Below, piece after piece: positions 14,941 to 27,012 of a stretch of 64,000 nt of DNA. Below the pieces are notes generated by a model, which did not search any database, had not been told where the DNA came from, and saw only the letters and a program-made list of their open reading frames with translations. Both the position numbers and the translations under genes were made by a program. The DNA comes from Callorhinchus milii (Eukaryota): assembly GCF_018977255.1 (NCBI RefSeq), contig NW_024704742.1:51896001-51960000 (forward strand). The letters are read 5' to 3'. The first letter of the stretch is position 1. The number at the start of each line of letters is the position of its first letter.

Positions 14941-17824
14941 TATTTCATCTTGGAAAGCAATTAGAACCTTACAATTCATTTCAGCAATGCTGGACTAGGA
15001 GATGAAGTAAGGTGGGGACAGGGGAAATGGGAAAAATCAGACAAGAGTTCTGTTCCTAATATGGATCTAATGACTTTGCTGGAGTACGGCTGGCAAGGAC
15101 AGAAATGGACATGACCTCAATACTGCGGTCATTCACTCACCAGGCTCATGCATACAGAATAGCCATGTGGAACAATACTTTACATAAAATATTGTGCTTT
15201 GCTTGTGAACACAATCAAATAATGTGCCATGTTTAAACATATATGTAAAAAGTAAATTCCTGGTGCTCTCAATTATATGAATGAGAATCAATGAAAAAAG
15301 TTAGTTATTATTTACATAGTTAAATATAATATTTACATAAAAGCTTTTTCGTTTGTTGTTAATCACATAATTGCAGGTACTTGTAATTCCTCTGCACGTG
15401 TTGACATAAAGCACATAATATATCTGGATTTACACATGGTGCACAATAGATGCTGATATAAATATTATATGCTGGCTATCTAAAAACTAATGATATTCAT
15501 TGAAGAAAGAAGATTGTGAAAAATTAACTTATGTGGTTTTGTTCATAACCTGAGACTTGCCCAAATCCTCCTTCCCTTCCTATTTGTGAGCAAATCTATT
15601 CAAACAGATGTTAAAGAACCAGTGCAAAGTAACTAGTCTTACTGTGTTTTGCAGAAATTTTTTTGTTATTTTGTGTATGCGACACTGGGTTATTTTGCTG
15701 GCTAGGTCATAAGGCCCTAAGTGGGTCACATTTGATACTTATGAAATAAAAACAGGAAGTACATTCCTTTGGCAATAACTGCGCTTGGACTTTGTTGCAT
15801 TTGGCACAAAGAAACCTGCTACATTATTTCAACTCTTGCAATTACAGTATTGCACGATTTCAGATACCTATAGGTTGTATAATCTACATTTTTGATTGGT
15901 GTGTTCACAAGTTTAGAAATGGACGTTTACATAGAACAACAATGTCAACAACTTGCATTCATATAGTACCCTTCACACGGGGTAGCATTTTGGAGCCCTT
16001 AAAAGGACCACATAAGGATGTAATAATGTGACTGAACATAATGTCCCCATAAAAAGTATTGACTTTGCATTGTTGTCTCACACCAACATAAGGCACTGCA
16101 CTTTGATGTCTGAATGATTTACCTACATTGAAAAAGACTTAACTGAGTGAGTCATATACATTACAGCACAAGATATTATTCGAACCATCAAGGCTAAGAT
16201 GGTTGTACCACTTGAGTTGGAACCAGCACCCTTTCATATTATTCTTCATCAAATGTTATTCCCAATCAATATATTATAGTCTCATCCTCAATAGACCCTT
16301 GTAAAAAAAATTCCACATTCCAGTAAGCATTGGCGCAAAAAAAATCTTCTAATCTCCAATTTAATTCTTTACCCTCTGAAGAAGTTTTAGTATTGAGGAT
16401 ATCTATGATACCCTCTTAACCTACTCTGTTCTCATGAAAACAACACATTTTACACTAATATAATGCCATTCCGATCTGGAAGATATCCAAAACGCAGGAC
16501 ACAACTGGGTACTGGAACTGTGGGCAGGAGGTGAGGAGAGGAAAGATGACTGAACGCAAAATCTTACAGGTTTGTTTTGAGGTGGGCACAATCCTCATAA
16601 AAGTGCCACTTGCCTCCTACCCCACCCTTCTGCTCAGCTAACTCGGGTTTGCTGCTTATCCCCACCCTCTCCCAGAAACCCATTCATCAAAACGCTTTGC
16701 TTTCAATCTTTGAGCTATCCCTCTATTCATGCAAACAATTTACAATATCTTGCATTTACCTTTCACATAAAAATGTTACAGTGGTTTACAAAATATAATT
16801 AATCAGAAATGAAACACAGCAACTAATTTGCTCCAGGAACATTCCTTAAACAATATGATGAGGAAACAATTTTTTTGAAACTGAAGAACAGGGAATATAA
16901 ACTAAGACAACCAGCAGAAAGACTCCATCTTAATACACTTAATTAAATGACCACCAATTAGACAACTGTGGTTTGTACTAGTGACTCAAGCCAATTGAAT
17001 CCCCAGTGTCTAGACACATCAACTTCAGCCCAACGATTTCCTGGACATAGCTCATGGATGCAAAAGACCTCCCAACACCTTGTGATGACCCAGCAACCAC
17101 TGGAAACACTGGCAAGAGCAGATGCAGTCTTCCTGTATGCTGTGCACTGTGCGCAGAAAGCCACAATTTAGAAGCATGACAGGCACCTTTTTTGGGGGAA
17201 AAAAGTGTGCCTCATTAGAATGCACATTCTAAATTTATGAACCCAAACCACTCTAATACAATGGATTCAGCGCGTATAAGAAAATGACTCCAACCTTTCC
17301 TCGTCCTCCTAATTATTAGAAAATGACATAAGGTGGGTCACGTTCTCCAATTTAAATATGGTCCAGGTGAACTGAGAGATCACATCGGTACAAAAATGGA
17401 CTGTGCCTGAGAAAGGAAGGACACAAGCTTCCTTTCTGAATTCTTATCAAAACCTCTTGCCCTGTCAAACTTGTGAGTAGTCCTCCTACTTTGCTGAAAT
17501 TCAATATGTACACATAAATCTCCTAGGTCTATTTTTACTCCAAACTTCACTTTCCACAATATCTACATCTATTAGAATACACACAAAGACAAGACATAAT
17601 CAAAAGTAAAATACAATAAAAGCTGACCTAAATCCCTCAAGTCTCAATAAAAGCTGCATTTAGCTTCTGTTGAATGGGAGACACAGATATACATCACTGC
17701 TGGTCAGAATAGATTGCAGATACAAAACATTTGAACACTTGGTTTGCATAAAAATGTGCGAAAATGAAAGATATATTTACAGTATGTTTTGACATTATGA
17801 CACATTAGATTTGAAAGAACTTAC

Positions 17825-17993
17825 TTTGTTTGGGATAAGCAGCCTGAAGCAATAATATTCTGGGTATCCTCATTATTTTGGACAGATGTTAGTGCCACCA
17901 TATTAATTCTCACATCATTGGTATGTCCTGGGAATCTGGGCAGTATGCTGAGGATCTTCTCAACCAGACTATCACCATGGTGAGCAACAGAAC
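17825..17993 (-). CDS. SCFD2: SCFD2 coding exon 2
   Basis: Acceptor ttcctag|, donor AA|GTAAGT, 169 nt. Continues exon 1 in frame: GSVAHHGDSLVEKILSILPRFPGHTNDVRINMVALTSVQNNEDTQNIIASGCLSQT. I did not recognise exon 3 in 1-17824, so it probably lies beyond the window. Confidence 0.93.
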
Positions 17994-18259
17994 CTAGGAA
18001 TCAATACAGATTTTTTAGAGTAACAATAAGAGTACAATTCAGGCTTTTTTTTAAAATCACTAGAAATAAAGAAATTATATTCTTAACATCCTCTTGCAGG
18101 TGATCCTTGCCCTGCTTGATTTTACAGAATTATTCATAAAATGAATTTGGTCTCAAATAAGTGAGGATTTAAAAGTCTTAGCAATAATGGGGTTGACAAC
18201 ACAAAGTGGCCTACCAAGCAAGTTTTCTTAGGGAAAAATGTAGTGTAAACCGGGAAAAG

Positions 18260-18580
18260 TAGCATCTCTAGGTCAGAAGGTTGTAGGTTTGTGTCCCACA
18301 TCTGGGACTTTGAGCTCAGTCTAAGCTGATGTTCCAGCTCAGTGTTGGGAAATGCTGCATTGTCATAGGTTCCGTCAAAGGATTTACTGTAAAGGGTCGT
18401 GACTGCATAATTCTGTAGGTGACAGAAATGTCCCCAAAACAGCCATGAAGTCAATGACCAATGTTATCTGGGACATTGTCGGCCAAGACACTGGGAGAAT
18501 CTCCCTTCTCTCTTTGAATAGTGGCAATGAATCTTTAATCTCTACCTGAACATGCAAACTGAACCGATTTAACATTTCTC
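18260..18580 (-). mobile_element. Older diverged Deu-type SINE
   Basis: Reverse strand has GTTCAGGTAGA...TTAAAGATTCATTGCCACTATTCAAAGAGAG...AGATTCTCCCAGTGTCTTGGCCGACAAT. Related copies at ~26020-26290(+), 40930-41200(+), 51380-51670(+), 11940-12300(-). Confidence 0.65.
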
Positions 18581-18740
18581 ACACACTCATTGCCTAGAAA
18601 GAAACTCTGAACATCAGTCAGGAACTTACGTTCCATCTAAAATAGTAACTCAACATAATCCTTGTGATAATAGAATCCACTTTCTAACCCAGAGTGTTCT
18701 ACTAAGTGCTAACAAATGATTACAACTAATTGATGTGAAG

Positions 18741-19030
18741 CTGTTAGGGCTTTGGCTTGCAGGATTAACAGAAGCTGATTGGATGGCTCACTGCCCCCAG
18801 TGACTGGTCTGCCCTTCCAAGTCCTGCCGATGAGCCAGGCTGGCTGTGCTATTATCAGCAGTGCACTGGAAAACTGAAGACCCACCTGTCTCAGGAACCG
18901 GACTACCGAGACCGCCACAGACGGTCGGCTCGCTTCCAACATTCCGTTGCCAAATATGTCACCTTGGAGCCAGTTCAGCTCCAAGCAGAACCCACTTACC
19001 TTCCCCCCACCCCCCCCCCAAGGATAGCGG
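18741..19030 (-). repeat. Copy of unclassified repeat (left part)
   Basis: Shares CTTGGAGCTGAAC, GCACTGCTGAT, AGCACAGCCAGCCTGGCTCATC and CCTGCAAGCCAAAGCCCTAAC with 9883-10165. Confidence 0.8.
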
Positions 19031-19089
19031 CTGATCCAAGTTAACATACAAACAAAAGACTTCCATTCTGCAGAAGTACAATTTATACA

Positions 19090-20762
19090 ATGCAAAACTA
19101 CATTTGTAAAGGGCCTTTCACGTCTGGAGGACGTCCCAAAGCGCTAAACAGTCAGAGATTAGGACCAGCATCAGGGAGGGTGGAGGGCACAGAGGGTAGC
19201 CGAAGGCATGGGTGAAGAGGAGGGTCTTGAGGCGTGCCTTGAAGGAGGCAAGGGAAGGAACGAGGCAAAGTGAATGTTGGATGCAGGTCAGCCTACTGAA
19301 CGGAGGTAGCGGACAGGTTGATAAGGGGTTACCAGGTCGGAAAGGTAAGAGGGGGCAAGGCCATGGAGGTCCTTGAAGGTGAGGATGATAATTTTGAATT
19401 TGATCTTCTGAGGGATGGGGAGTCAATGGAGCCGGGTGAAGGTGTGTGTTATGGGGTCATGGAGCCTGGTTCGGGAGAGGACACGAGCTGCAGAGTTCTG
19501 GATGATCTGCAGTTTGTGGAGGGAAGAGTGGGGAAGACCGAGAAGCAGGGCGTTGGCATAGTCGAACCTGGTTGTAATGAAGGTATGTATGAGGGTTTCG
19601 GCGGCTTGAAGGGTTTGGCAATGGCAGAGTTGGGCAATATTGCATAGGAGGGGGAAGGCAAAGCGGGTCATGGCACGGATGTGGGAGAGAAAGGACAGTT
19701 GAGGGTCGAACAAGATGCCAAGCTTGGTGAGGTGGAGTGTGCAGCCTTAGATGGTCTGTCAGGACATCAGTGGTCCTGAGGTCGAGGGTGGCGGAGTACA
19801 TGTGGAAGTTGACCCCTGTCTGCGGATGATGTCACCAAGAGGGTGCATGTACAGGTTGAAGAGGAGGATCGACAACAGAGCCCTGAGGAACACCGCACGA
19901 GATGGTGCAGGACCTGGAAGAGCAGCCATTCATGGAGACAAAGTGCAGCCAATGTGAGAGTAGGGATCTGAACCATTCAGAACCTTGAAGGTTAAGATGA
20001 GAGGCGGTAGAGGAGGAGAGTGGTCCACAGTGTCAAAGGCAGCAGAGAGGTCAAAGGAGGACGAGGGGGCAGAGGGAGCTCGGACACCCCTTTGGACAGC
20101 CCGGACACCCGATTGGAGGGATTTGTAAAGGGAGTGCCAGGAGAGGAAGGAGTGAAGCAACAACTCTTTCGAGGACCTTGGAAAGGAAAGGGAGGCTGGA
20201 GATGGGGCAATAGTTTGTGCACAGGGTTTGGGTCCAGCGAAGGTTTTTTTAAGGATAGGGATGATGACAGCTGTTTTTAGAGGAGTGGGAACAGTGCCAG
20301 CGGACAAGGAGATGTTGACGAGGTCTGAGAGTAATGGAGTGAGGATGTGAAGCTGGGAGGTAAGGAGAGGGCTAGGGGTGAGTTTGAGGGAGCATATGGT
20401 GGGCTTTATGCAGGTTATAGTGGTGGTGAGAGAGGAGGGGAAGATGGATTTGAAGGTGTGGAGGGAGGGGTAGGGGCCGGAGTGTGACGTAGAGATGAGG
20501 AGGGGGTGATGGTTAGGAGGGCGAGGGCGGCTAAACAATCCCCTCGACTTTGGTCTCAAGGAAATCCAGCATCTCCTCGCAGTTGGAGTTGGAGGAGAGA
20601 ATGGACGAGGCATGAGAGTGTGGATGGAGGTGCCGGTTGTTAGGGGAGAAGTCTGGGGTTGTCCTTGGCTTCCAAGCTTACCCTGGAATAGAACGACAAT
20701 TTAGCGGAGGAGAGGGTGGACTGTTAAGTTTTTATGTGGTCCAGCCAGATCTGCTGGTGGAC
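19090..20762 (-). mobile_element. Internally deleted L2 in SCFD2 intron 1, same strand as the gene
   Basis: STLSSAK...KDNPRLL, LVNISLSAGTVPTPLKTAVIIPILKK, FDLSAAFDTVDH, AAETLIHTFITTRFDYANALL; tail at ~19090-19150. Confidence 0.9.
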
Positions 20763-20783
20763 CCTTACATCAGGTTTATATAC

Positions 20784-21606
20784 CTGTCATGTCAAGTGCT
20801 CGATCTATAAAAACGATGGACGCTTTATTCTGTGCGTTTTTTCTTCGGTGCTTTGCTTGTGGGTAATTGGCAAGTTCTCCTGCAATAATTCTGCTACTGG
20901 GCCCAACAGCGAAGCACTCTTCCTTGAGCTGTGCGAGTTCGAACATGGAATTCAAGGAGGAAACCAGGGACCGGATTTGTACTTGAAGTTGAAATGGCAA
21001 AGCCTGATAGTCAACGTCGTTCAGACTCCCAAACCTCTTCTTGTCGTGTCTGGTGCGGTTGATCCCAATGAGATCATGAGGCACAAATGAGAAGAGGGAG
21101 GAGAAGGCCGGCGTGAGGAGCAAGTGTGGAGCGAGGGGGGCGAGGAGGACGGGCAGGTGCATGACCTCGGCCGTGTAGTTCATGTTGCCCATCCACTGGC
21201 ACAGCAGCTCCCCGAACTGCTCGAACACCGGCTCCTGCTCCAGGTCGGTGCTCACGCCGTTGGCGAACAGATGGGCGGAGTGGCTGACGGCGGTGACCAC
21301 CACGCAGTAGCGGAAGGAGCTGAGGCTGACGATGTCGCGGATCACGTCTGCTGTCCTCCCCTTCAGCAGGCTGCTCACCACCAGCACCGCCTTGGGCTGG
21401 TCGGACGCTCCCGCCTCGAAGCTGCTGAACTCCTTGACGTTGACAGCCCCGGCCTGCAGCAGCCGGCTCAGCCCGCCCACCCAGTGCAGGCTCTCGGCAC
21501 ACGCCGAGTCCACGAACACCAACGCCTTCTTCACCTTCTCGCACACCTTGTCCCACGGGAGCCGAGCGGCGCCCGCCAGACCCGCGCCTCCCGTCCCGGC
21601 GCTCAT
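20784..21606 (-). CDS. SCFD2: SCFD2 (Sec1 family domain containing 2) coding exon 1
   Basis: Translation MSAGTGG...WDKVCEKVKKALVFVDSACAESLHWVGG...VKEFSSFE...AVGPSSRIIAGELANYPQAKHRRKNAQNKASIVFIDRALDMTG resembles the vertebrate SCFD2 N-terminus. ATG at 21606; donor AG|GTATAT after 20784; 823 nt, ends phase 1; CpG-rich. Confidence 0.95.
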
Positions 21607-21880
21607 GGTTTCCAGGGAGACACAGCCGTCTCTATGGCCACTGATTCGGCCGTCTCGGGAAGGTGACGTGTCAGCAGAAAACGGCGCAGATTGATGACGT
21701 CGCGGCCCGTGCCTCGTCTTGTCAGACGGGTTCGCCTTTGCGCGTGCGCGATTCCGGCAGGTGTTGTGTATGTGGAGATCTGCAGTGTTGCAATTGCCTG
21801 ACATCAGACGGGATGAATTAACGTTTATTTTTTTTTGAAAAAAAACGCACAGAATTGCTCCACGTCACCAATTGACATTT
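21050..21880 (-). promoter_or_regulatory. CpG island / SCFD2 promoter
   Basis: High GC and CpG density. TGACGT (CRE/ATF core) at 21664 and 21695; full NRF1 consensus CGCGCACGCGCA (- strand) at 21739-21750; ETS core CCGGAA (- strand) at 21752-21757; CACGTCA at 21861 next to CCAAT at 21868. Confidence 0.7.
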
Positions 21881-22299
21881 GAATCATGTTACTAATTGCT
21901 TCTCAGTATTGAGAGTCAATCAATTTAATGATCTATTTTATCACAGAAATTTATAGCACAGAAGGGATAATGATAATCCTTGCATTTAATCCTTGCAAGG
22001 GAGGCCATTGAACCCATCATGCTTGTGCTGCTGTACTGAAACTTGTTTGTCTCATTCTTTTGCTTTTTGCTATGCCCTTTATGTTTCTTTTTCAGACCAC
22101 ATATTTATCTAATTCGCTTAAAAGTTGAAATGGATTCTGCCTCAACTACCATTCAAAGTAGGGCATTGAATATTATTAATAATAATTTTTGCATTTGCCG
22201 CAGCACCTTTCATAATATCTCAAAAGTGCTTCACATGATTTAATGTAAGGAGTAGTTACTGTGCATTTGTCTGAATTGAGTTTTCTGAACTGAGTCAAT

Positions 22300-22840
22300 C
22301 CTGTGTAGCAGCCTCAGTTATCCTCTTGGTGACATCATCTGTATACATGCGGTCAACTTCCACATGTATGCGGATGACACCCAAGTCTATCTCTCTGTCT
22401 CCACCCTCGACTCCAGGACCACTGCTGTCCTGACAGAATATCTGTCAGACTACAACAACAACAAAATTACATTTATAGAGCATCTTTCATGTCGGGAGGA
22501 TGTCCCAAGGCACTGGATCAAGTCCTGGATGAGAGCTAACTTTCTTCAACAAGACTGAGGCCATCCTGATTGGCTCCCGTCAGCGCCTCGATAGCTCAAA
22601 CGGTTTAAGCGCTCTGAGACCCTACCCTGTGTGGAGGGTGCTAAATAAGGGCAAGTTGTTGTTGCATCACCATCCAAGGAGCAAGTCACTGAGCAAGCCC
22701 TGAACCTTGGTGTCTTGTTTGACCCTCAACTATCCTTTCTACCCCACATCTGTGCCATAACCCTCTCTGCCTTTGCCCACCTCCGCAACATCACCTGACT
22801 CCGCCATTGTCCCACACCACAGGCCACTGAGACCCTCAAA
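22300..22840 (+). mobile_element. L2 fragment interrupted by short L2-tail stubs, between the two promoters
   Basis: MYADDTQVYLS...WIKSWMRANFLQ; nested tail stubs at ~22450-22515(-) and ~22605-22665(+). Confidence 0.8.
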
Positions 22841-23414
22841 CACTGCTGTTGCAAAAATCTCTATTGCAAAAACATCCCCCTCTTTAATCCATCTCAATTT
22901 CTATCACCATACTCTCAATATTATTATTATTATATCATATAATTCCAACCACAACACCCCAGGTTTATATTATTCTTGCTGAATACTCCTTGCATTCTCT
23001 ATTTGACTTCTTGATAGCTTTCTCTCCCACTTTTAGTGATTAAGTGTTTTTATACAATCCTTGCACCTTTTCTACCCCTTTCAGAATGTACTTTTACTCC
23101 CTACTCATGTCCTGTACATTTGAAAAGAGTTTTGAATTATGTCTGCAACTATTTCTCCACTGTATTCAACTTCTACCTGAAATCTCACATGATCCTGCCC
23201 CTTACTGTTTGCTGAACAATCCAAACAAAATGTGATTAGCAAACTTGGCCAGTACATCACATTTGGGTGTGACGTGTCATACCGGCCAAGTTTGCTGGTG
23301 AGTGTGATGCTGCACATTGCATTAGGCAGAGACACCCAGGGTTGCCAGAAATTTAAATACATTTATAGGCCAAATTCAACCAAACACTAGCCCAATATTA
23401 TGCATTGCCTATCT

Positions 23415-23470
23415 TAGGGTGACCGTATGTCCCCAATTTCCAGGGGCAGTCCCTGCATAAGGTATTGTAA
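23415..23470 (+). mobile_element. Possible hAT-type DNA transposon terminus
   Basis: TAGGGTGACCGTATGTCCC resembles TAGGGTGACCA-type hAT termini; I did not find a partner end. Confidence 0.3.
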
Positions 23471-23799
23471 CCCCCTCCAAATTTGCCCCATTTTGAGTTC
23501 AGCAACAAATTGAGCAAGAAACACATTCTAAAGCAGATACGCTCATCGGAGAAGCTCTTACAGTACTGACAGCATTTTTTTATATACTGTACACGTCCCT
23601 TGATTTGGTTTTCAAAATATCCTACGAGTAGCAGAATAGTCAATGTAGGTTAGTGCTCTTGAACAGTGTAAGGTCTTCAAAGAGGGAAAAACATTATCCG
23701 GGTTTAAACTCGATTCCTTCCTCATAATTCATCAAAAAAAAATAATAAATTGGGTCACTTCCCAATACACAAAATCTCCAGTCCCGTTCACTTTACAGC

Positions 23800-24480
23800 G
23801 TATTCTGAAGAAGCGGCTTGAGACGCCTCGAAGACCGCGACGAGGCGCTGTATCAAATGCCAGAGGGTTATTATTATTATTGCTATTGTTGTTGTTGTTA
23901 TTGTTACAGAAACAAAGCCCGGTTGGTTGGGGGCATGAACCCGCCCAGCCCGGCCACGCCGAGCACCTGGGGGGGGGGGGCTCGTGGAGCGGCGGCGAGC
24001 AGTTCCGGGTGATGGTTCGTGCGGTGGCTGTTTCCTGGGTTAGAGGTCCCGGGCCGGTGTGAGGGAGAGCCGAGGCGCGCACACACACACACACACAGCG
24101 GGTGGACACATGTCAGCCGAGGCCGACACCATGGTGCCTGAGGCCGGCGCGGCCAACGCGGGGCCCGGCGATGACGAGGAGCACTGGCTGTACGGAGGTG
24201 AGACGGGACACCGCGAGAGGCTGAGCCGCGGCCTTCACGCCGGGTATCGGGACACGCGAGGCCGCGGGCTGCCCCGGCACCAGGCCCCGGGCACCAGGCC
24301 CCGGGCTCGGCGGGGACGGCCTGTGGGCGTCCCGGTTCTGCCGGGGCCAGGGCTCGGCCTCGGTGAGGCTTACAGGGCCGGGCGGCAGGTGGGGGCGGAC
24401 AGAGGAGGCGCCGCTGTTACTCTCTCTCTCTCTCCCGGGACTCGGTTACCTGAACCGGCGACATGACCTGAGGCTTGTGA
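23800..24480 (+). promoter_or_regulatory. CpG island over FIP1L1 promoter / exon 1
   Basis: GC- and CpG-rich segment around the ATG at 24110. Contains a G-run (~23968-23980) and (CA)9 at 24080-24097. Confidence 0.7.
24110..24197 (+). CDS. FIP1L1: FIP1L1 (pre-mRNA 3'-end-processing factor FIP1) coding exon 1
   Basis: MSAEADTMVPEAGAANAGPGDDEEHWLYG carries the conserved Fip1 N-terminal WLYG motif; donor AG|GTGAGA; 88 nt, phase 1. Confidence 0.93.
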
Positions 24481-24496
24481 TCAAAGCCGCTCAGGG

Positions 24497-25800
24497 ATGC
24501 CCTGTCCTGCCTCCTGCCCTCTCCTGCCCTGCCCTGCCCAGCCCTGTCCTGCCTCCTGCCCTGCCCTGCCCAGCCCTGTCCTGCCTCCTGCCCTGCCCTG
24601 TCCAGCCCTGTCCTGCCTCCTACCCTGTCCAGCCCTGTCCTGCCTCCTGCCCTGCCCTGTCCAGCCCTGTCCAGCCTCCTGCCCTGCCCTGTCCAGCCCT
24701 GTCCTGCCTCCTGCCCTGCCCTGTCCTGCCCTGTCCTGTCCTGCCTCCTGCCCTGTCCAGCCCTGTCCTGCCTCCTGCCCTGTCCTGCCTCCTGCCCTGT
24801 CCTGCCCTGTCCTGTCCTGCCCAGCCCTGTCCTGTCCTGCCTCCTGCCCTGTCCTGCCTCCTGCCCTGCCCTGTCCAGCCCTGTCCTGCCTCCTGCCCTG
24901 CCCTGTCCAGCCCTGTCCAGCCTCCTGCCCAGCCCTGCCTCCTGCCCTGTCCAGCCCTGTCCTGCCTCCTGCCCTGTCCAGCCCTGTCCTGCCTCCTGCC
25001 CTGCCCTCTCCTACCCTGTCCTGCCTCCTGCCCTGTCCAGCCCTGTCCAGCCTCCTGCCCTGTCCAGCCCTGTCCAGCCTCCTGCCCTCTCCTGCCCTGC
25101 CCTGTCCTGCCTCCTGCCCTGTCCAGCCCTGTCCTGCCTCCTGCCCTGTCCAGCCCTGTCCTGCCTCCTGCCCTGCCCTCTCCTGCCCTGCCCTGTCCTG
25201 CCTCCTGCCCTGTCCAGCCCTGTCCTGCCTCCTGCCCTGCCCTCTCCTACCCTGTCCTGCCTCCTGCCCTGTCCAGCCCTGTCCTGCCTCCTGCCCTGCC
25301 CTGTCCAGCCCTGTCCAGCCTCCTGCCCTGTCCAGCCCTGTCCAGCCTCCTGCCCTGCCCAGCCCTGTCCTGCCTCCTGCCCTGTCCAGCCCTGCCTCCT
25401 GCCCAGCCTGCCTCCTGCCCTGCCCAGCCTGCCTCCTGCCCTGCCTGTCCTGCCTCCTGCCCTGCCCGCCTCCTGCCCTGCCCAGCCTGCCTCCTGCCCT
25501 GCCCAGCCTGCCTCCTGCCCTGCCCAGCCTGCCTCCTGCCCTGCCCAGCCTGCCTCCTGCCCTGCCCAGCCTGCCTCCTGCCCTGCCCAGCCTGCCTCCT
25601 GCCCAGCCCAGCCTCCTGCCCAGCCCAGCCTCCTGCCCAGCCCTGCCTCCTGCCCAGCCTGCCTCCTGCCCAACCATGCCTCGTGCCCAATCCAGCCCTG
25701 CCCTGCCCAGCCTGCTCTGCCTCCTACCCAGCCAAGCCTGCCCTGCCCAATCCAGCCCAGCCAGTCTTGCTTGCTGCCCAGCCCAGCCTACCCACCCTCT
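24497..25800. repeat. Minisatellite-like array of CCTGC/CCTGT/CCAGC/CCTCCTGCC units in FIP1L1 intron 1
   Basis: ~1.3 kb, C-rich on +, almost CpG-free. A regular 21-bp unit TGCCCAGCCTGCCTCCTGCCC runs over ~25480-25605. Confidence 0.95.
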
Positions 25801-25895
25801 CCATCACTTCTGGTCTGGATTTGTTTTGTTTTTATTTTAAAATCTCTTATTTTACATCTTTTTTACCGAGTTATTTTTATTTCTCTTCCCATTAG

Positions 25896-25941
25896 ATGAG
25901 AATGACCCAAATAAACAGGAGGAACAAGCGCCAGTTGACAG
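25896..25941 (+). CDS. FIP1L1: FIP1L1 coding exon 2
   Basis: ttctcttcccattag| ... AG|GTGGGT; 46 nt; DENDPNKQEEQAPVDS in frame. Confidence 0.85.
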
Positions 25942-26570
25942 GTGGGTGAATGTAACTATGGCCTCAGGGTTTGGTCTAGACTAAGGCTGATGGTTTAAAT
26001 GATGGAGGTTGTTTTACACTCTCAGAGATGTGCCATTCATCCGATGAGACATTGAGCCAAGGTCCCATCTGCCTGTCCAGGTGGATGTTAAAGATCCCAG
26101 GGCACTATTCAAAAAGAAAAGGGAGTTTCTTCCAGTGTTCTGCCCTGCAATCCCCTCCCCCGCAGGTTGGTCACTTCATGGCCACTTCACTTCACTGCTC
26201 TAAACAAATTGTTTCCTTCTTTCATTGCAAATTACAGTCACACTACAATACAGTATATCCTTTTAAGCACTTTGAGGTGTTTCAGAACTCACTGTGCCGA
26301 TGGTTTCAGCGATCTACTTGTCATTAACCCAGACCTCTCCTGCCTGGTCATGTAGACAAATGCCATTTTAACTTGTACTCCCATTTCTTATTTTCCTGTG
26401 GTCATCACTTGACATTTGCCCATATTAAATTACATTTGTTGATTTTATTATATCATGGCAGATCCTATTATTTGGAAAAGCATTTCTAGGCATTGGTTTA
26501 GTTTGAAAGCTTAGTATGTGTGTGTGTTTGTGAAATGTTCCAAGTTATTACAATTGTTTCCCCTTTTTAG

Positions 26571-26640
26571 TGCTACTGAAAATGCACCGCTTCCTGCTGC
26601 TACTGTTGAAGAACCCAAAGACAATGGGGTGGCTAGAATG
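26571..26640 (+). CDS. FIP1L1: FIP1L1 coding exon 3
   Basis: ccctttttag| ... ATG|GTAAGT; 70 nt; ATENAPLPAATVEEPKDNGVARM; phase 2 to 0. Confidence 0.85.
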
Positions 26641-27012
26641 GTAAGTTCCCTTTTTGGGGAATAATGTGTATGTTGTCTATGACTGAGATGATTTTCATTG
26701 TTGAATAGAAGGTGCTTGAAACACCACGGTGGAAACGTCTTGCCCGATCTGCATTTGCCTAGTACCTTCTATTGCACTGAATCTCAATAAATCCAGTCTT
26801 TCAAGATTGAAAAATATCCTCTTTGAAAGTAAATGGGGTCACACTTGGGCAGAAATAGTTCTGCAGTAATCACACCAGTGCTCGCTATTGCCAGTCTAAT
26901 GGTAATATTGAGAAGGGGTGGAAGCTGAGGATTTAAAATTAAAATGTTCTTCTATTAAAATAAATACATTCGATACTAACAACGGGTTAAATTACATTTC
27001 CTCTATTATTAG

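Noticed and set aside
21074..21694. Overlapping alternative-frame and antisense ORFs in SCFD2 exon 1
   Set aside because: Expected shadow ORFs in GC-rich coding sequence.
21607..21804. 66-aa N-terminal extension of SCFD2 from the ATG at 21804
   Set aside because: It runs through promoter motifs and does not resemble SCFD2; Met at 21606 fits the known N-terminus.
24363..25895. Long ORFs (510, 447, 398 aa) on both strands
   Set aside because: They are stop-free translations of the intron 1 simple repeat, open in several frames, with low-complexity products.
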